Of a stretch of 64,000 bases of DNA, positions 18,326 through 28,208 are shown in pieces. Within the stretch, counting starts at the first letter, position 1; each line of letters starts with the position of its first letter. The position numbers and the translations under genes were made by a program. Under the pieces are notes generated by a model. That model was not told the origin of the DNA and did no database searches. It saw only the letters and a program-made list of their open reading frames with translations. Source of the stretch: a virus. The stretch covers positions 110,281-174,280 of the IMG/VR virus record IMGVR_UViG_3300036985_006248. One strand, given 5' to 3'.

Positions 18326-19719
18326 GCTGTTTTTTCCTTTTTATATGAAGCATATTTTTGCTTCAGGTTCTGTTCTTGCTTTTTTGTTGCTTTTTCAATT
18401 AGTTCAGTCGCGCTCTCTAAACTCTGTGAGAGAACTTTAATCTTTACATTGGCCGTATCCATGAAAATAGGGAAAACAATTCCATCGGGACCATTACGAT
18501 TTTTAGCTACGAATAAACGTCCTTCGTTTGTATTCTTATCTTTGATTGTTCTGGAAATGGTAAAGATGAGGTCAGCTACGAAGCACTTATTAAATGCCTC
18601 GCTGATACTCTCCATTGTGATTACTTCGGCGTTTAAGCCGCTTCTGTTTGTTTGAGAAGCGGTCCACAATGAACAAGCATGTATCTGAGCTATGCCACGT
18701 AATTCTTCATAAATACTCTCCAGTTCATTGCGCTTTTCTTTCTGTAAATTGACAGGTCTAAGTAGGTCGCCGTAGTCTACAATGACCATATCAATTTTAA
18801 AATCTTTACGTTTTAATTTCTCAAGATGCATCTTAATTGTGTTGGTGCTTGCGGACTTAGTGGGATACTCTTTAATAATAAGCTTTCCTTTAACATCTTT
18901 GATACCTTCCCAAACAAGTTGCTTCTGTTCTTTTACATCATTAAGACCAATACCAGTGATGCATGAGTCATAACGCAAGGCTACTACCTTATCCTGTAAT
19001 TCTAATGTATAATGCACAACGTTAAGGCCAGCACTAAGTGCCATAGCTCCTAAATGGACAAGAGCCATACTCTTGCCAGCACCCGTTGGCGCAATAACTA
19101 CGCCAAGTTCCCCGCGCCCCAAACCACCCTTGGAAACACCATCGATAAGCTCCCACCCTGTAGAAATAGGGTTGCGTGCCTTTAACTCAAAGCGTTTTTC
19201 AAAGTCAACGATAAAATCGTATCCGTGGTTATTATCGGTACCAAGTTTAAGGGCATCATTGATAATCTTGGAGATTTCATCATAAGAAGATATCTGAATA
19301 AGACCTACGCTCTTAATCATTGCTTCCTTAAGCTTCTGCTTTTTACAGAAGTCAAGGGAAATGTCCTTAATGTGTTGCTCACCCTCAAGACTGAATTCGC
19401 TGGAGATAACACGCGCAAAAAATTCACGTACCTGCTTTTGTAAAAGCTCATTCTCCTTATCGATCTCTGTTCTTAAAATGGTCGTGATTGTATCGCGAGA
19501 CGGATGCGTGCCATACTTCTTTCGGTATTCAAATATCTTCTCTACGAAAATTCGTAGATACTTTAATTCAAGAAAATTCGTGTCTAATACTTCACTGATT
19601 TGGTCGCAGAATACGCGGTCATCAAGTATCAGTTGTACAAGATTCTCTTGAAAAGTTTTACCATATCTTTCAAAGGTAGGACTCTCATTAATAAAGTTAT
19701 TATTTTGGTTTCCGCTCAT
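18322..19719 (-). CDS. dnaB: replicative DNA helicase (DnaB/gp41-like)
   Basis: APTGAGKS, IVDYGDL, ASQTNR, KNRNG. Confidence 0.92.
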   Translation of the reverse strand: MSGNQNNNFINESPTFERYGKTFQENLVQLILDDRVFCDQISEVLDTNFLELKYLRIFVEKIFEYRKKYGTHPSRDTITTILRTEIDKENELLQKQVREFFARVISSEFSLEGEQHIKDISLDFCKKQKLKEAMIKSVGLIQISSYDEISKIINDALKLGTDNNHGYDFIVDFEKRFELKARNPISTGWELIDGVSKGGLGRGELGVVIAPTGAGKSMALVHLGAMALSAGLNVVHYTLELQDKVVALRYDSCITGIGLNDVKEQKQLVWEGIKDVKGKLIIKEYPTKSASTNTIKMHLEKLKRKDFKIDMVIVDYGDLLRPVNLQKEKRNELESIYEELRGIAQIHACSLWTASQTNRSGLNAEVITMESISEAFNKCFVADLIFTISRTIKDKNTNEGRLFVAKNRNGPDGIVFPIFMDTANVKIKVLSQSLESATELIEKATKKQEQNLKQKYASYKKEKTA

Positions 19720-19771
19720 TTTATTCCTCGGTTATCTTATAAAAACGAATCTGTACAGCTTACACTAAAAA

Positions 19772-20746
19772 TTAACAGTTTTCAATGACTATCTTATTCA
19801 TGTGTGCGTACATTTCTTCGAAATTCGTTTCTCCAAATCCATCCTTTAACATCATGGTCACTAATTCAGTCTTATTGAATGTACATTCGCTATTTTCAAG
19901 CGCATAATTGACCTTCTGCATATCTTGAATGGACATGTTTGGAATAGCTAATTGCATAATTTTATAGTTCTCTTTGATTAGCTCTTTATTCGCCTCAATG
20001 GTAGAATAGAGCTTAACCTTTGAATCTATACTTTTACAATAATTAAATATTTCATCAAGCATAAAAGTCTTTTCCTCCTTGAGTTGAGGAAGACGCTTTG
20101 CGATAGTGGCTAATCCTGCCCCACCAACCCCTGATAAGTTATCACTGGCGTCTCCAGCAATAGAACGCGCAAGACAGAAATTTGTAGGATGAATGCCATA
20201 TTCTTCCACTATACGTTTGGTGTTTAAAATTTCTTCTTTCACGGGACGATATAAAATAGTATTATCGTTACATAATTGGATAAAGTCTTTATCATTAGAC
20301 ACTATGATTTTGTTATAGTCCTTTAAACTATTGTGCTGGCAAATGGCCGAAATAATATCATCGGCTTCCACAGCATCCAATAGCAATTGAATAATAGGAA
20401 AATTATTCAAGTATTCTACCACTCTTGTCATTTGCCAGATTTTGTTTTCTAACTCTTGGTTCTCATTCAAGCTACGAACATTGCGGTTAAGACGAAATGG
20501 TTTACGCCCTTCTTTATAGTTCTTGTTTATTGCACGACGCTTTGAAGATCCACCCTTACCGTCCCATGCAAAAACAATTCGATTAGGTTTAATTTCCCGA
20601 CAGAGCTTTTGTAGACTCTTTATGGTGCCAAAGATGCCGCCGATTGGGTCACCTTTATTTGAAATAGCCGGATTCACTACGTAATTGCGTATGTAAAGGT
20701 TGTTTCCGTCAATTACCAATACCCGCTTTTTGTCATTACTCATCAT
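19772..20746 (-). CDS. 5'-3' exonuclease / flap endonuclease (T4 RNase H-like)
   Basis: VIDGNN, YKEGR, EADD, SNDKDFIQL, GDASDNLSGV. Confidence 0.92.
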   Translation of the reverse strand: MMSNDKKRVLVIDGNNLYIRNYVVNPAISNKGDPIGGIFGTIKSLQKLCREIKPNRIVFAWDGKGGSSKRRAINKNYKEGRKPFRLNRNVRSLNENQELENKIWQMTRVVEYLNNFPIIQLLLDAVEADDIISAICQHNSLKDYNKIIVSNDKDFIQLCNDNTILYRPVKEEILNTKRIVEEYGIHPTNFCLARSIAGDASDNLSGVGGAGLATIAKRLPQLKEEKTFMLDEIFNYCKSIDSKVKLYSTIEANKELIKENYKIMQLAIPNMSIQDMQKVNYALENSECTFNKTELVTMMLKDGFGETNFEEMYAHMNKIVIENC

Positions 20747-20752
20747 TATTCC

Positions 20753-21215
20753 TCAAAGTTTATAAGTACCAATAACTTCATTGTCAACGGTATAAAATAC
20801 CTTATCAATGCCATATTCAACCATTACGGCATGACACATACTACAGGGTTTGCTCATACGTCCCTCTTTGCCGTCCTTAGAGCAGCGAGCGACATACATG
20901 ACAGAGCCTTTGGTGACGCGATGAGAAATATTCAGTAATGCTCTGATTTCTGCGTGATAGGTTGGCGTGCCCTTCTCTTCCGAACGATAATTTTTGCCAA
21001 CAGAGCAGTATCTCTCTGAATTGACGCCAAGACCAATAATTGCACCACCACGAACAAGAACAGCACCATGTCTAAAGTTACCATAAGTAGAATTCCCAGC
21101 CAGCTTTTTAGCTAACTGAAAGATACCTCCGAGTTTTCTTTGAAGTATCATAACAAGACATTACGCTATCGCTAATAAAGCTATGCTTCTTCTCGTAAGA
21201 GCTAACCGTTTCCAT
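20753..21215 (-). CDS. zinc-dependent deaminase (CMP/dCMP deaminase fold); probably starts at 21215 and needs a +1 shift near 21120
   Basis: HAE...PCSMC motif; strong RBS only at 21215. Confidence 0.8.
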
Positions 21216-21268
21216 GTGCTTCTCCTTCTCCTTTGTTTATCTACTCAGGTATAGTAACACGACTATTG

Positions 21269-21466
21269 CTAGTCATCTACATCATTTAATAAAATTAAAT
21301 TGCGTACCTGTATTGTGATAATCCAGTCGTTTTTTAAAAATTCGACTTTCGCAGAATTTCCTACGTTAAGAACTTCTGTTATTATTCCCAAATATTCTTC
21401 TGTAGAAGGCTCACCGTGACCTCCCATCTTCCAAGATACTAATTGTCCAATTTTAGCTTTAAACAT
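21269..21466 (-). CDS. hypothetical protein (SH3/KOW-like)
   Basis: KIGQLV..LGIITEV. Confidence 0.55.
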   Translation of the reverse strand: MFKAKIGQLVSWKMGGHGEPSTEEYLGIITEVLNVGNSAKVEFLKNDWIITIQVRNLILLNDVDD

Positions 21467-22388
21467 TAATATTGTGTTGCTCTCGCATTTTTATCAATGC
21501 GAAATTTTTCATTTTTGCTTCTATATCGACATCAATGGTATTATCTCGCATATGCTGCAATTGTAATTCGGGAATATACCGAATATATTTCGAATGGCTG
21601 CGCCTTTCGGTGAAAGAGCCATTTTCCATACCTTCTTCTGTGTTGGAAATATGCTGCAAGGGCTTTATATTACCCCATGACTTCATAGTTTGCAAAAATG
21701 CTTCATTAAAAGATATATCATTACTATTAAAATTGTAGTGGTGACTGTCAAGAACAACTGGCACACCAGTTTTTTGATAGACCTCCAATAACTGTTTAAC
21801 ATTATAACACCTCTCGTCATTTTCAAACGTTAGACGCTTTTTAACGTTATCTGGGAGCTTATTTGTCACCTCAACCAGCATGTCTAGTTTGCCACGTTTT
21901 CCACCATGAATATTAATAGCATAATATGGTGAATGAGCAAGCCCCATCATATCAAAAACCCATGCATGATATTCTAATTCACGAATGGAATTTTGAATAA
22001 CGCGGTCAGAATCACTATTAATAATGGTGAATTGGCCGGGGTGAGTGGTTATGCGAACATCGTTATCAATAAATAGTTTGCCAAGTTTGGCAAGCTTATC
22101 AATAAGTATATTATCATTTTTTGCTAAATTACCAGCAAAATCAAAAAGTGGAAATATAGAACTAGATATCCGAAAAGATTTAATATTTTTTTCAATCAAT
22201 TTTGGGAAGAAATCAATATGGGTTTGAACATTATTTTGGTAAGTATCAATAATACGCTGTTCTGAATATTTTCCTTCCTTGTAGGCACCAAGTTGCAAAT
22301 TCTTTTCATCAATAACATTTTCATACACAATGGTGTTGTCGCGCTTTTTACGCGGGTGAAGAAATTGGCAGCAAACAGACAATGACAT
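21459..22388 (-). CDS. uvsE: UV-damage endonuclease
   Basis: FRISS, HPGQFT, INIHGG, ENDE, DSHH; start MSLSVCC after AGGAG. Confidence 0.92.
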   Translation of the reverse strand: MSLSVCCQFLHPRKKRDNTIVYENVIDEKNLQLGAYKEGKYSEQRIIDTYQNNVQTHIDFFPKLIEKNIKSFRISSSIFPLFDFAGNLAKNDNILIDKLAKLGKLFIDNDVRITTHPGQFTIINSDSDRVIQNSIRELEYHAWVFDMMGLAHSPYYAINIHGGKRGKLDMLVEVTNKLPDNVKKRLTFENDERCYNVKQLLEVYQKTGVPVVLDSHHYNFNSNDISFNEAFLQTMKSWGNIKPLQHISNTEEGMENGSFTERRSHSKYIRYIPELQLQHMRDNTIDVDIEAKMKNFALIKMREQHNINV

Positions 22389-22401
22389 GTGTGAGACTCC
22401 T

Positions 22402-22439
22402 AAAAGAAAACCACTATAGCATGTTACGCTATAGTGGTT
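22402..22439 (-). terminator. rho-independent terminator after recA
   Basis: AACCACTATAGC/GCTATAGTGGTT stem plus T-tract. Confidence 0.8.
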
Positions 22440-22461
22440 CACTAGGCAAGGAAAGCTTTTA

Positions 22462-23613
22462 TTAATTAGTTTCTGGTGGGGTTTCTTCTTCCCCTTCAAT
22501 ATTATAGAAGTTTTTCGCATCGCCTTCACGAGTATCAAATTTAACAATTACTTCTCGATCCATGATGCCATATACTGAATTTTTGAAAGCTTCTTCTTTC
22601 ATCAAATCATTCCAACCAGATTGCTGGAATTTCTTTGTTTGGCCATCGACATCCATTTCGTACCAAGCTCCAGATTGTTTAATGAATGGCTTGATAGCTT
22701 CAAAAATACTTTCGTTATCTAAGACTCCAACACTGCCACCCCACATAATACGAAATAAACATTCTCGACCAGCAGTTCCAAAGCGGGACTTTTCAAGTCT
22801 TGCCTTCACTTCACTACCAATCTTATAACCGCGTTCATCAAGCACAAAGCTATCTTTGGCCTTGCGTCCTGTCAACCAAATGCGTAAGCTATATGAATAA
22901 TTTAAGGCTTTGCCACCGGGAGTTGTGTACTTCTCACTGTCAGTTGCATACTTGGGATTCTGAACACTTAAGTTCGTTTTGAGCTGGTTTAGAATTAGTA
23001 ATGTTGAGTGGCTATTTGCAATAGGTTGAATTAGCTTTGATAATCCCTTTGCAAGAATTCTTGGTTTAACCGCCATGGATGACAAAGGATCAAAATCGCC
23101 TTCAATATCGGTCTTGCTGGGTGTTAATGCCATAGAGTCCCAGATAAACAACATCTTACTTTGATTATTCTTTAGCAAGTCTTCAATGCTTTCAAGTACA
23201 TATTCTACACTCTCTGCCTGTACATAGAGAATTCTTGACATATCGCATCCTGCCATTCTCATAAATTCTGGATCTATGGCGCTCTCAGAGTCAAAATATA
23301 CTACATCGATTCCCATCTTTTGAGCGTTAGCGGCAACTTGCGCTGCCATATAGCTTTTACCAGAGCCCTCTAGCCCAGCTAATTCCGTCACCTTACCAAC
23401 AGGAATGCCAGCTAATTTACCACGACAAATGATTGAGTCGAGCCACCGTGAGCCCGTTGGAATCCAATCCTTGACTTCAGTGGGATTTTCTTCTTGCAAA
23501 TCAAATGCAACTTCTCTACCACTCTTTTTATTTAATAAATCGCGTAATTGATTAATCGATACTTTTCCTGCTGTAACCGATTCTTTAGTTTTTTTTGTCA
23601 CTTTTTCAACCAT
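22462..23613 (-). CDS. recA: RecA/UvsX recombinase
   Basis: GLEGSGKS, DSE, IWDS, NQLK, TPGGKAL. Confidence 0.93.
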   Translation of the reverse strand: MVEKVTKKTKESVTAGKVSINQLRDLLNKKSGREVAFDLQEENPTEVKDWIPTGSRWLDSIICRGKLAGIPVGKVTELAGLEGSGKSYMAAQVAANAQKMGIDVVYFDSESAIDPEFMRMAGCDMSRILYVQAESVEYVLESIEDLLKNNQSKMLFIWDSMALTPSKTDIEGDFDPLSSMAVKPRILAKGLSKLIQPIANSHSTLLILNQLKTNLSVQNPKYATDSEKYTTPGGKALNYSYSLRIWLTGRKAKDSFVLDERGYKIGSEVKARLEKSRFGTAGRECLFRIMWGGSVGVLDNESIFEAIKPFIKQSGAWYEMDVDGQTKKFQQSGWNDLMKEEAFKNSVYGIMDREVIVKFDTREGDAKNFYNIEGEEETPPETN

Positions 23614-23627
23614 GGTATATAGCTCCT

Positions 23628-23664
23628 AAAAAGTAAGAAGGGAGCAAGTTTCCTTGCTCCCTTC
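23628..23664 (-). terminator. rho-independent terminator after ssb
   Basis: 12-bp stem GAAGGGAGCAAG/CTTGCTCCCTTC with GAAA loop. Confidence 0.8.
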
Positions 23665-23689
23665 GTTATACTATACTCTAAGCTTGTTG

Positions 23690-24469
23690 TTAACCGGCAA
23701 TTAATTCCTCAAAAGCTGAATCGACTGCCGACTTACCTTTTGCTGGCGCTGCTGGAGCAGAACCGCTATACTTCTTTGTTTCAGTGGAAGCGGCTTCGGC
23801 GTCGGTGTCATTATCCGCGCTCGCAAGGTATTGGTCGAGGATTACGGAAACTTCCTGTGAAGTCTTGCGAGTGTGCAAGGTATCAAAACTTGGGATTGAT
23901 TCCAAGAGATTCTTACATTCTACGGAGGTACCTTGACAAAGCTTGCTTGTTTTACGAGCAGGAGTAATCTTTGTCATAGGGAAAGACTGACCGGGTGCCT
24001 TAGCTGATACGATTGACAAATCTGTACCAGCTTCTAGGTCGGTAATATCACCATAATCTGGATTAAGAACAAGATTAATAAGATCTTGATAAGCGAGCTT
24101 ACCATAACCCCAAATCTTGATACCTTCAGCTTCTTCGCTGCGAACTAACACAGGTGAGAAGAAACGTTGTCGTGGAAGGAACTTCTTAGCCATCTTAGCT
24201 GATTCTTCATCCTTTTCACGATAGAGTTTGCTAGCAAAATCACACGCAGCGCAGCTATCTCCAAAATTCTTCTTTGGACACAAGAAACCTCCTTGCGTTC
24301 CTAGTTCATAATGGAACCAGTATTCCTTAAAAGGATCTCCATCCGGTGTAGATACAATCCGTAATGAATAAGTCTGACCTTCCTTCGGACTCCAAAAAGC
24401 CGTCTTACCACCACCACGATTCTGTAATGCTGACAGCTTCGCCTTCATCTTCTTAACGTCGATACCCAT
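23690..24469 (-). CDS. single-stranded DNA-binding protein (gp32-like)
   Basis: FWSP, H..CP..C..C zinc site, YGDITD, acidic C-terminus; adjacent to recA. Confidence 0.8.
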   Translation of the reverse strand: MGIDVKKMKAKLSALQNRGGGKTAFWSPKEGQTYSLRIVSTPDGDPFKEYWFHYELGTQGGFLCPKKNFGDSCAACDFASKLYREKDEESAKMAKKFLPRQRFFSPVLVRSEEAEGIKIWGYGKLAYQDLINLVLNPDYGDITDLEAGTDLSIVSAKAPGQSFPMTKITPARKTSKLCQGTSVECKNLLESIPSFDTLHTRKTSQEVSVILDQYLASADNDTDAEAASTETKKYSGSAPAAPAKGKSAVDSAFEELIAG

Positions 24470-24546
24470 GTTTTTATTCTCCTAGTTGCTCGGTAAATAT
24501 CCCGGCAACAGTTGTGAACCATAACATCTATTGTGTTATGGTTAAA

Positions 24547-24783
24547 TTACAAAGTTGCTTCTTCCTGCTTTACTTCACCTTCTACGGTTTTCCAATTAAA
24601 TACTCGAAAACCGCCAACTTGCAAATCCCACACAAGTTCTTTTCCTTCGCCTAAATCATGTTGCTTGCTTGCTCCCTTGACTTTATCAGAAAGAAATTCT
24701 TTTGGCAAGTCAGAAAGTTTAGCAAAATGTATTTCACGTACTTCGCCGCTTTTCTTTTTATATACGGCATGATAACTGTTCAT
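24547..24783 (-). CDS. hypothetical protein (WYL/SH3-like; start MNSYH)
   Basis: YKKKSGEVR...VWDL..GFRVFN pattern; AGGAG RBS. Confidence 0.6.
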   Translation of the reverse strand: MNSYHAVYKKKSGEVREIHFAKLSDLPKEFLSDKVKGASKQHDLGEGKELVWDLQVGGFRVFNWKTVEGEVKQEEATL

Positions 24784-24790
24784 GTTGCTC

Positions 24791-25627
24791 CTATAGTTGG
24801 ATTGCTTTACTGCAATAAACAACAAAGCAAAAATCAGCATCTGCTGATGTACTGTTGATAGTATACGAAACTTTCGTGTTGTCAACAACTTTACTTTTTA
24901 GCTTATCTTTTATAGAGCGCAACACCTTAGAATCACCGTTTAAAGTTTCTTCGGTAAGGAAGAAATGATAAACTTTATCATCTATTGATAGCATATTATA
25001 CATTGAATTTTCACTATCGTTAAGCGAATTATAATAGGCAAATGTCATTATCCGAGAAGCGTCTTTTGGTTTATTAGAATTATCAATTATTGGTTCACCA
25101 GTTTTTATACTGATGTGTGTTCTTAATAAAGATTTTACAGTAAGATTGAATTGTACATCGAAGTTTTTGATTGAAGTCTCACCCATAATACTCTCTATCA
25201 AGGTACTGTCTAGTAAAATAATATTTTCGAATACTCCTGAGCGGGTGTATTCTTGCAATACGTTACGTATTACTCGTTCTTGAATTTTTTGTGTATAAGT
25301 TAAGAAATCTAATTGTGGTACGAGGTAGACAATACTAATTTTTTTAGTTTTGATCTGTTGTAATATAGCTAAGGCACAATTTGCTACTTCACACTCTCCA
25401 CTTAAAAAAAACATCACCTCATCGCCAATATCAGATAAGAACTTGGCTAAGTCAGGGGTGTTTCTTTCATATTCTTCTGGGGAGTTCTGCGGAGCGATGG
25501 AGAAGCAGTTCTCTCCTTCGATATCTTTATCGATTAGTTTGATGATATATGGCGCATCACTAGATATTTCGTATGTCTCTCCTATATCACAAGCTTTTGC
25601 ACCAAGACAAATTATTGTTTTCATCAA
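24791..25627 (-). CDS. divergent tubulin/FtsZ-like protein
   Basis: IICLGAKACDIG resembles the FtsZ T1 loop; the GGGTGSG signature is degenerate. Confidence 0.45.
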   Translation of the reverse strand: MMKTIICLGAKACDIGETYEISSDAPYIIKLIDKDIEGENCFSIAPQNSPEEYERNTPDLAKFLSDIGDEVMFFLSGECEVANCALAILQQIKTKKISIVYLVPQLDFLTYTQKIQERVIRNVLQEYTRSGVFENIILLDSTLIESIMGETSIKNFDVQFNLTVKSLLRTHISIKTGEPIIDNSNKPKDASRIMTFAYYNSLNDSENSMYNMLSIDDKVYHFFLTEETLNGDSKVLRSIKDKLKSKVVDNTKVSYTINSTSADADFCFVVYCSKAIQL

Positions 25628-26838
25628 TCTACCTTTAAATTTAACTTTTTTAAATCGCCGTAGTTTTTACCAGCTTTTACGTTAACAGGAAATTTACCGT
25701 ATTTTGTATCTTGCAATATTTTGACTATATCAACTAGATACTTTTTTTCATCGTCTGTTATATCTAGTACGCATTCATCGTGAATCATAAATGATACAAA
25801 AGACTTTTTGTTATTTAGAAAATCATCTACTTTAATTATCTGACGATGAAATAAATCAATAAAAGTAGATTGATTCAAATACGATATTGCGTGATGTCTA
25901 TCAGCTTCTATCTTACGATTATATGGGGTGTGTATATACCCATCAATCCAATACTTTTTTAACAACGCTTCTTTATCGTATAATTCAGATAACTCAGCAT
26001 CATATTTGACTGATAGTGGAGAATGTGACTCATATAACCATGCAGTGGCTGTAGACTTCGATTCTGACCGGTCTAGCTGCCCTTTAAAAACGTTTTCAGC
26101 ACTCCACCCGTGTAAGTCACCTTCTATCTGAGCTTTTCCATTTAAAGCCAATGCAGTGCGTAATTCCGCTGCGTTCATATCAAAGACGACAAACCAATCG
26201 TTCTTCGGTACAACAACACTTCGATATTGTTTTGGAAATGTCAACATAGGAAAGCTGTTTTTATTCATTGTCAGGCGTCCTGTAATACTGCCAAACATGT
26301 TATAAGAAATATTGTTTGTGCCGTTTGCAATCTTCTTATAGAACGTCATCGCGCTTTCTTTCCATAACTTGTTTTGGATATTATCAAGTTTGATATTTAA
26401 GTCGCGCATTTTGATATCATGAAGCAATTCTGTGAACCGTTTATAAAATGCATATTCATCAGGCTTTTTATATTGTTGAAATATGTGCTCACATATCTGA
26501 TTTCGGATATGACAATACTCCAATAAGAAACGCTGCGGAGATAAATCAAAAAAGCAATTTTCCTTAAGAGAAACCTTTGATTCTAAGCAAGACGAGATAA
26601 TGCTTTTAAGTTTCTTGTTTGCTCTCGCCCAATCCTCTTTTAAATGTTCTGGGCAGCTTTCATCAAGATTCTTACCCTCGCAATATATTTGGGCATAATC
26701 AATGTCTTTACCTTTTAAGAAGCCGGAATATGACCAAGTTTTGCTGAGTGTTTCAGGAAGTGGCTTATGAAATTCTAACGTATCATTTGCGTAGATTCCC
26801 ACGCATTCATTCTTATCATCAAGTGTTTGAAATAGCAA
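25624..26838 (-). CDS. polA: minimal family A DNA polymerase (polymerase domain only)
   Basis: TGRL; motif A DMNAAELR; motif B RxxxKxxxxxxxY; motif C IHDE. Confidence 0.8.
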   Translation of the reverse strand: MLFQTLDDKNECVGIYANDTLEFHKPLPETLSKTWSYSGFLKGKDIDYAQIYCEGKNLDESCPEHLKEDWARANKKLKSIISSCLESKVSLKENCFFDLSPQRFLLEYCHIRNQICEHIFQQYKKPDEYAFYKRFTELLHDIKMRDLNIKLDNIQNKLWKESAMTFYKKIANGTNNISYNMFGSITGRLTMNKNSFPMLTFPKQYRSVVVPKNDWFVVFDMNAAELRTALALNGKAQIEGDLHGWSAENVFKGQLDRSESKSTATAWLYESHSPLSVKYDAELSELYDKEALLKKYWIDGYIHTPYNRKIEADRHHAISYLNQSTFIDLFHRQIIKVDDFLNNKKSFVSFMIHDECVLDITDDEKKYLVDIVKILQDTKYGKFPVNVKAGKNYGDLKKLNLKVD

Positions 26839-26846
26839 TTTATCCT

Positions 26847-28196
26847 CTAGAACACGATCTCAGGTACAATCATACTTTGAGTATTCTGTTCTACTACCTT
26901 ACCTATCTGTTGTAAAGAAGAAAAGTAATATACGTTTTTGAATTGTTTAAAATATTTATTTAAAAAGTCTAAAGCACGGTAGGTACTTCCCGCTGCTAAG
27001 AAGTTATTGGCTTCTCTAACAACGTTCTCAAACTCTTGTTGTGAGAATCCCCTGTTATCTTCATAGTTTCTCAAGTAAGCACATGTTCTCAACCAATGTT
27101 TATCTGAGAAGAACTTTTCATATTCTTCAATTGTTAGCGGGATCCTTTTCTTAGTTATGATTTTGTTAAAATCACAAATATCTAATTTTTTGTAATCCGG
27201 CTCATAGAAAGGCGATAGCGCCACTAGTGCAGTATAAGCATTATAGAAGAAATTCTTCATATAGTCCAATTCGCTGTGAGCGGTCTGCACATAACGTTGG
27301 TTAAAAAGGTCATCAACGCTGTTGATGCCGTATCTACGCATATACCCATTATGATTACCAGTTACCCCTTTCATAGCTGGAGAATTTAAATCAGCTATAA
27401 TTCTCCATGGTACATTTGCATCTATTTTGAATCCAAAACGGTTGCAGGCATCTGAAAAACATATAAAGTCCGAATCTAAAAAGTATTTATTGAATTTTAT
27501 TGTATCGTTATCCGCTTTATCGTTGGCTATATCTATGACCAACCCACTGACAAAAACCGAAAAATTACTTGACAGTGCGATATTTGATTTTGTGACAGAC
27601 ACTCTATTCTTTGCTTGCGTATATAAGAAATTTAAGAACTTCTTATTAAAACTCTTTGCATCATTTATTTCAGAAGAAATCTTGGTATTATTATTCACAT
27701 ATCCAATAAATTTATCTATCAAGTTAAGCTGTGTGGCATTAATAGAAACTCTTGCATTCACTTGCGCTTTATGGGCTTTTAAATTATAGAAAACGCTTTT
27801 CTTTGATAATTTGCCAAGCGATGCCGCTGTTTGCAAATATGCTTTCATTTCTGTAAAAGCATCTACCACGAAATCCATAGCTAACTTCTTTTGCTCATCG
27901 GCGGAAGGTAATTCCTTCATGAAAGATTCAATAGGCAAAACCACATTCAAGTCTTGGTCTATTAAACCAAATAAAGAATTTCGCTCTATCAAATTAGCAA
28001 AAGGAATTTTGTTTGCTAAAGTTTCATTAAGGTATGGCAGAACAAAACGATAGTAATATTCTCTATCTTGGAATAAGACGCTTAAAGAATTAACTGAGTT
28101 TTGTCCTAGGGGCTCCGGGAAAGGAAAGTATATTTTTTCTTTCTTTTGCAAATTTATAAACAACGGTGATAGTTCATTTTTTGTTTTATTTGCCAT
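26847..28196 (-). CDS. hypothetical protein (tail/baseplate region)
   Basis: 449-aa ORF at the end of the baseplate block. Confidence 0.6.
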   Translation of the reverse strand: MANKTKNELSPLFINLQKKEKIYFPFPEPLGQNSVNSLSVLFQDREYYYRFVLPYLNETLANKIPFANLIERNSLFGLIDQDLNVVLPIESFMKELPSADEQKKLAMDFVVDAFTEMKAYLQTAASLGKLSKKSVFYNLKAHKAQVNARVSINATQLNLIDKFIGYVNNNTKISSEINDAKSFNKKFLNFLYTQAKNRVSVTKSNIALSSNFSVFVSGLVIDIANDKADNDTIKFNKYFLDSDFICFSDACNRFGFKIDANVPWRIIADLNSPAMKGVTGNHNGYMRRYGINSVDDLFNQRYVQTAHSELDYMKNFFYNAYTALVALSPFYEPDYKKLDICDFNKIITKKRIPLTIEEYEKFFSDKHWLRTCAYLRNYEDNRGFSQQEFENVVREANNFLAAGSTYRALDFLNKYFKQFKNVYYFSSLQQIGKVVEQNTQSMIVPEIVF

Positions 28197-28208
28197 AATA
28201 TTTTCACA

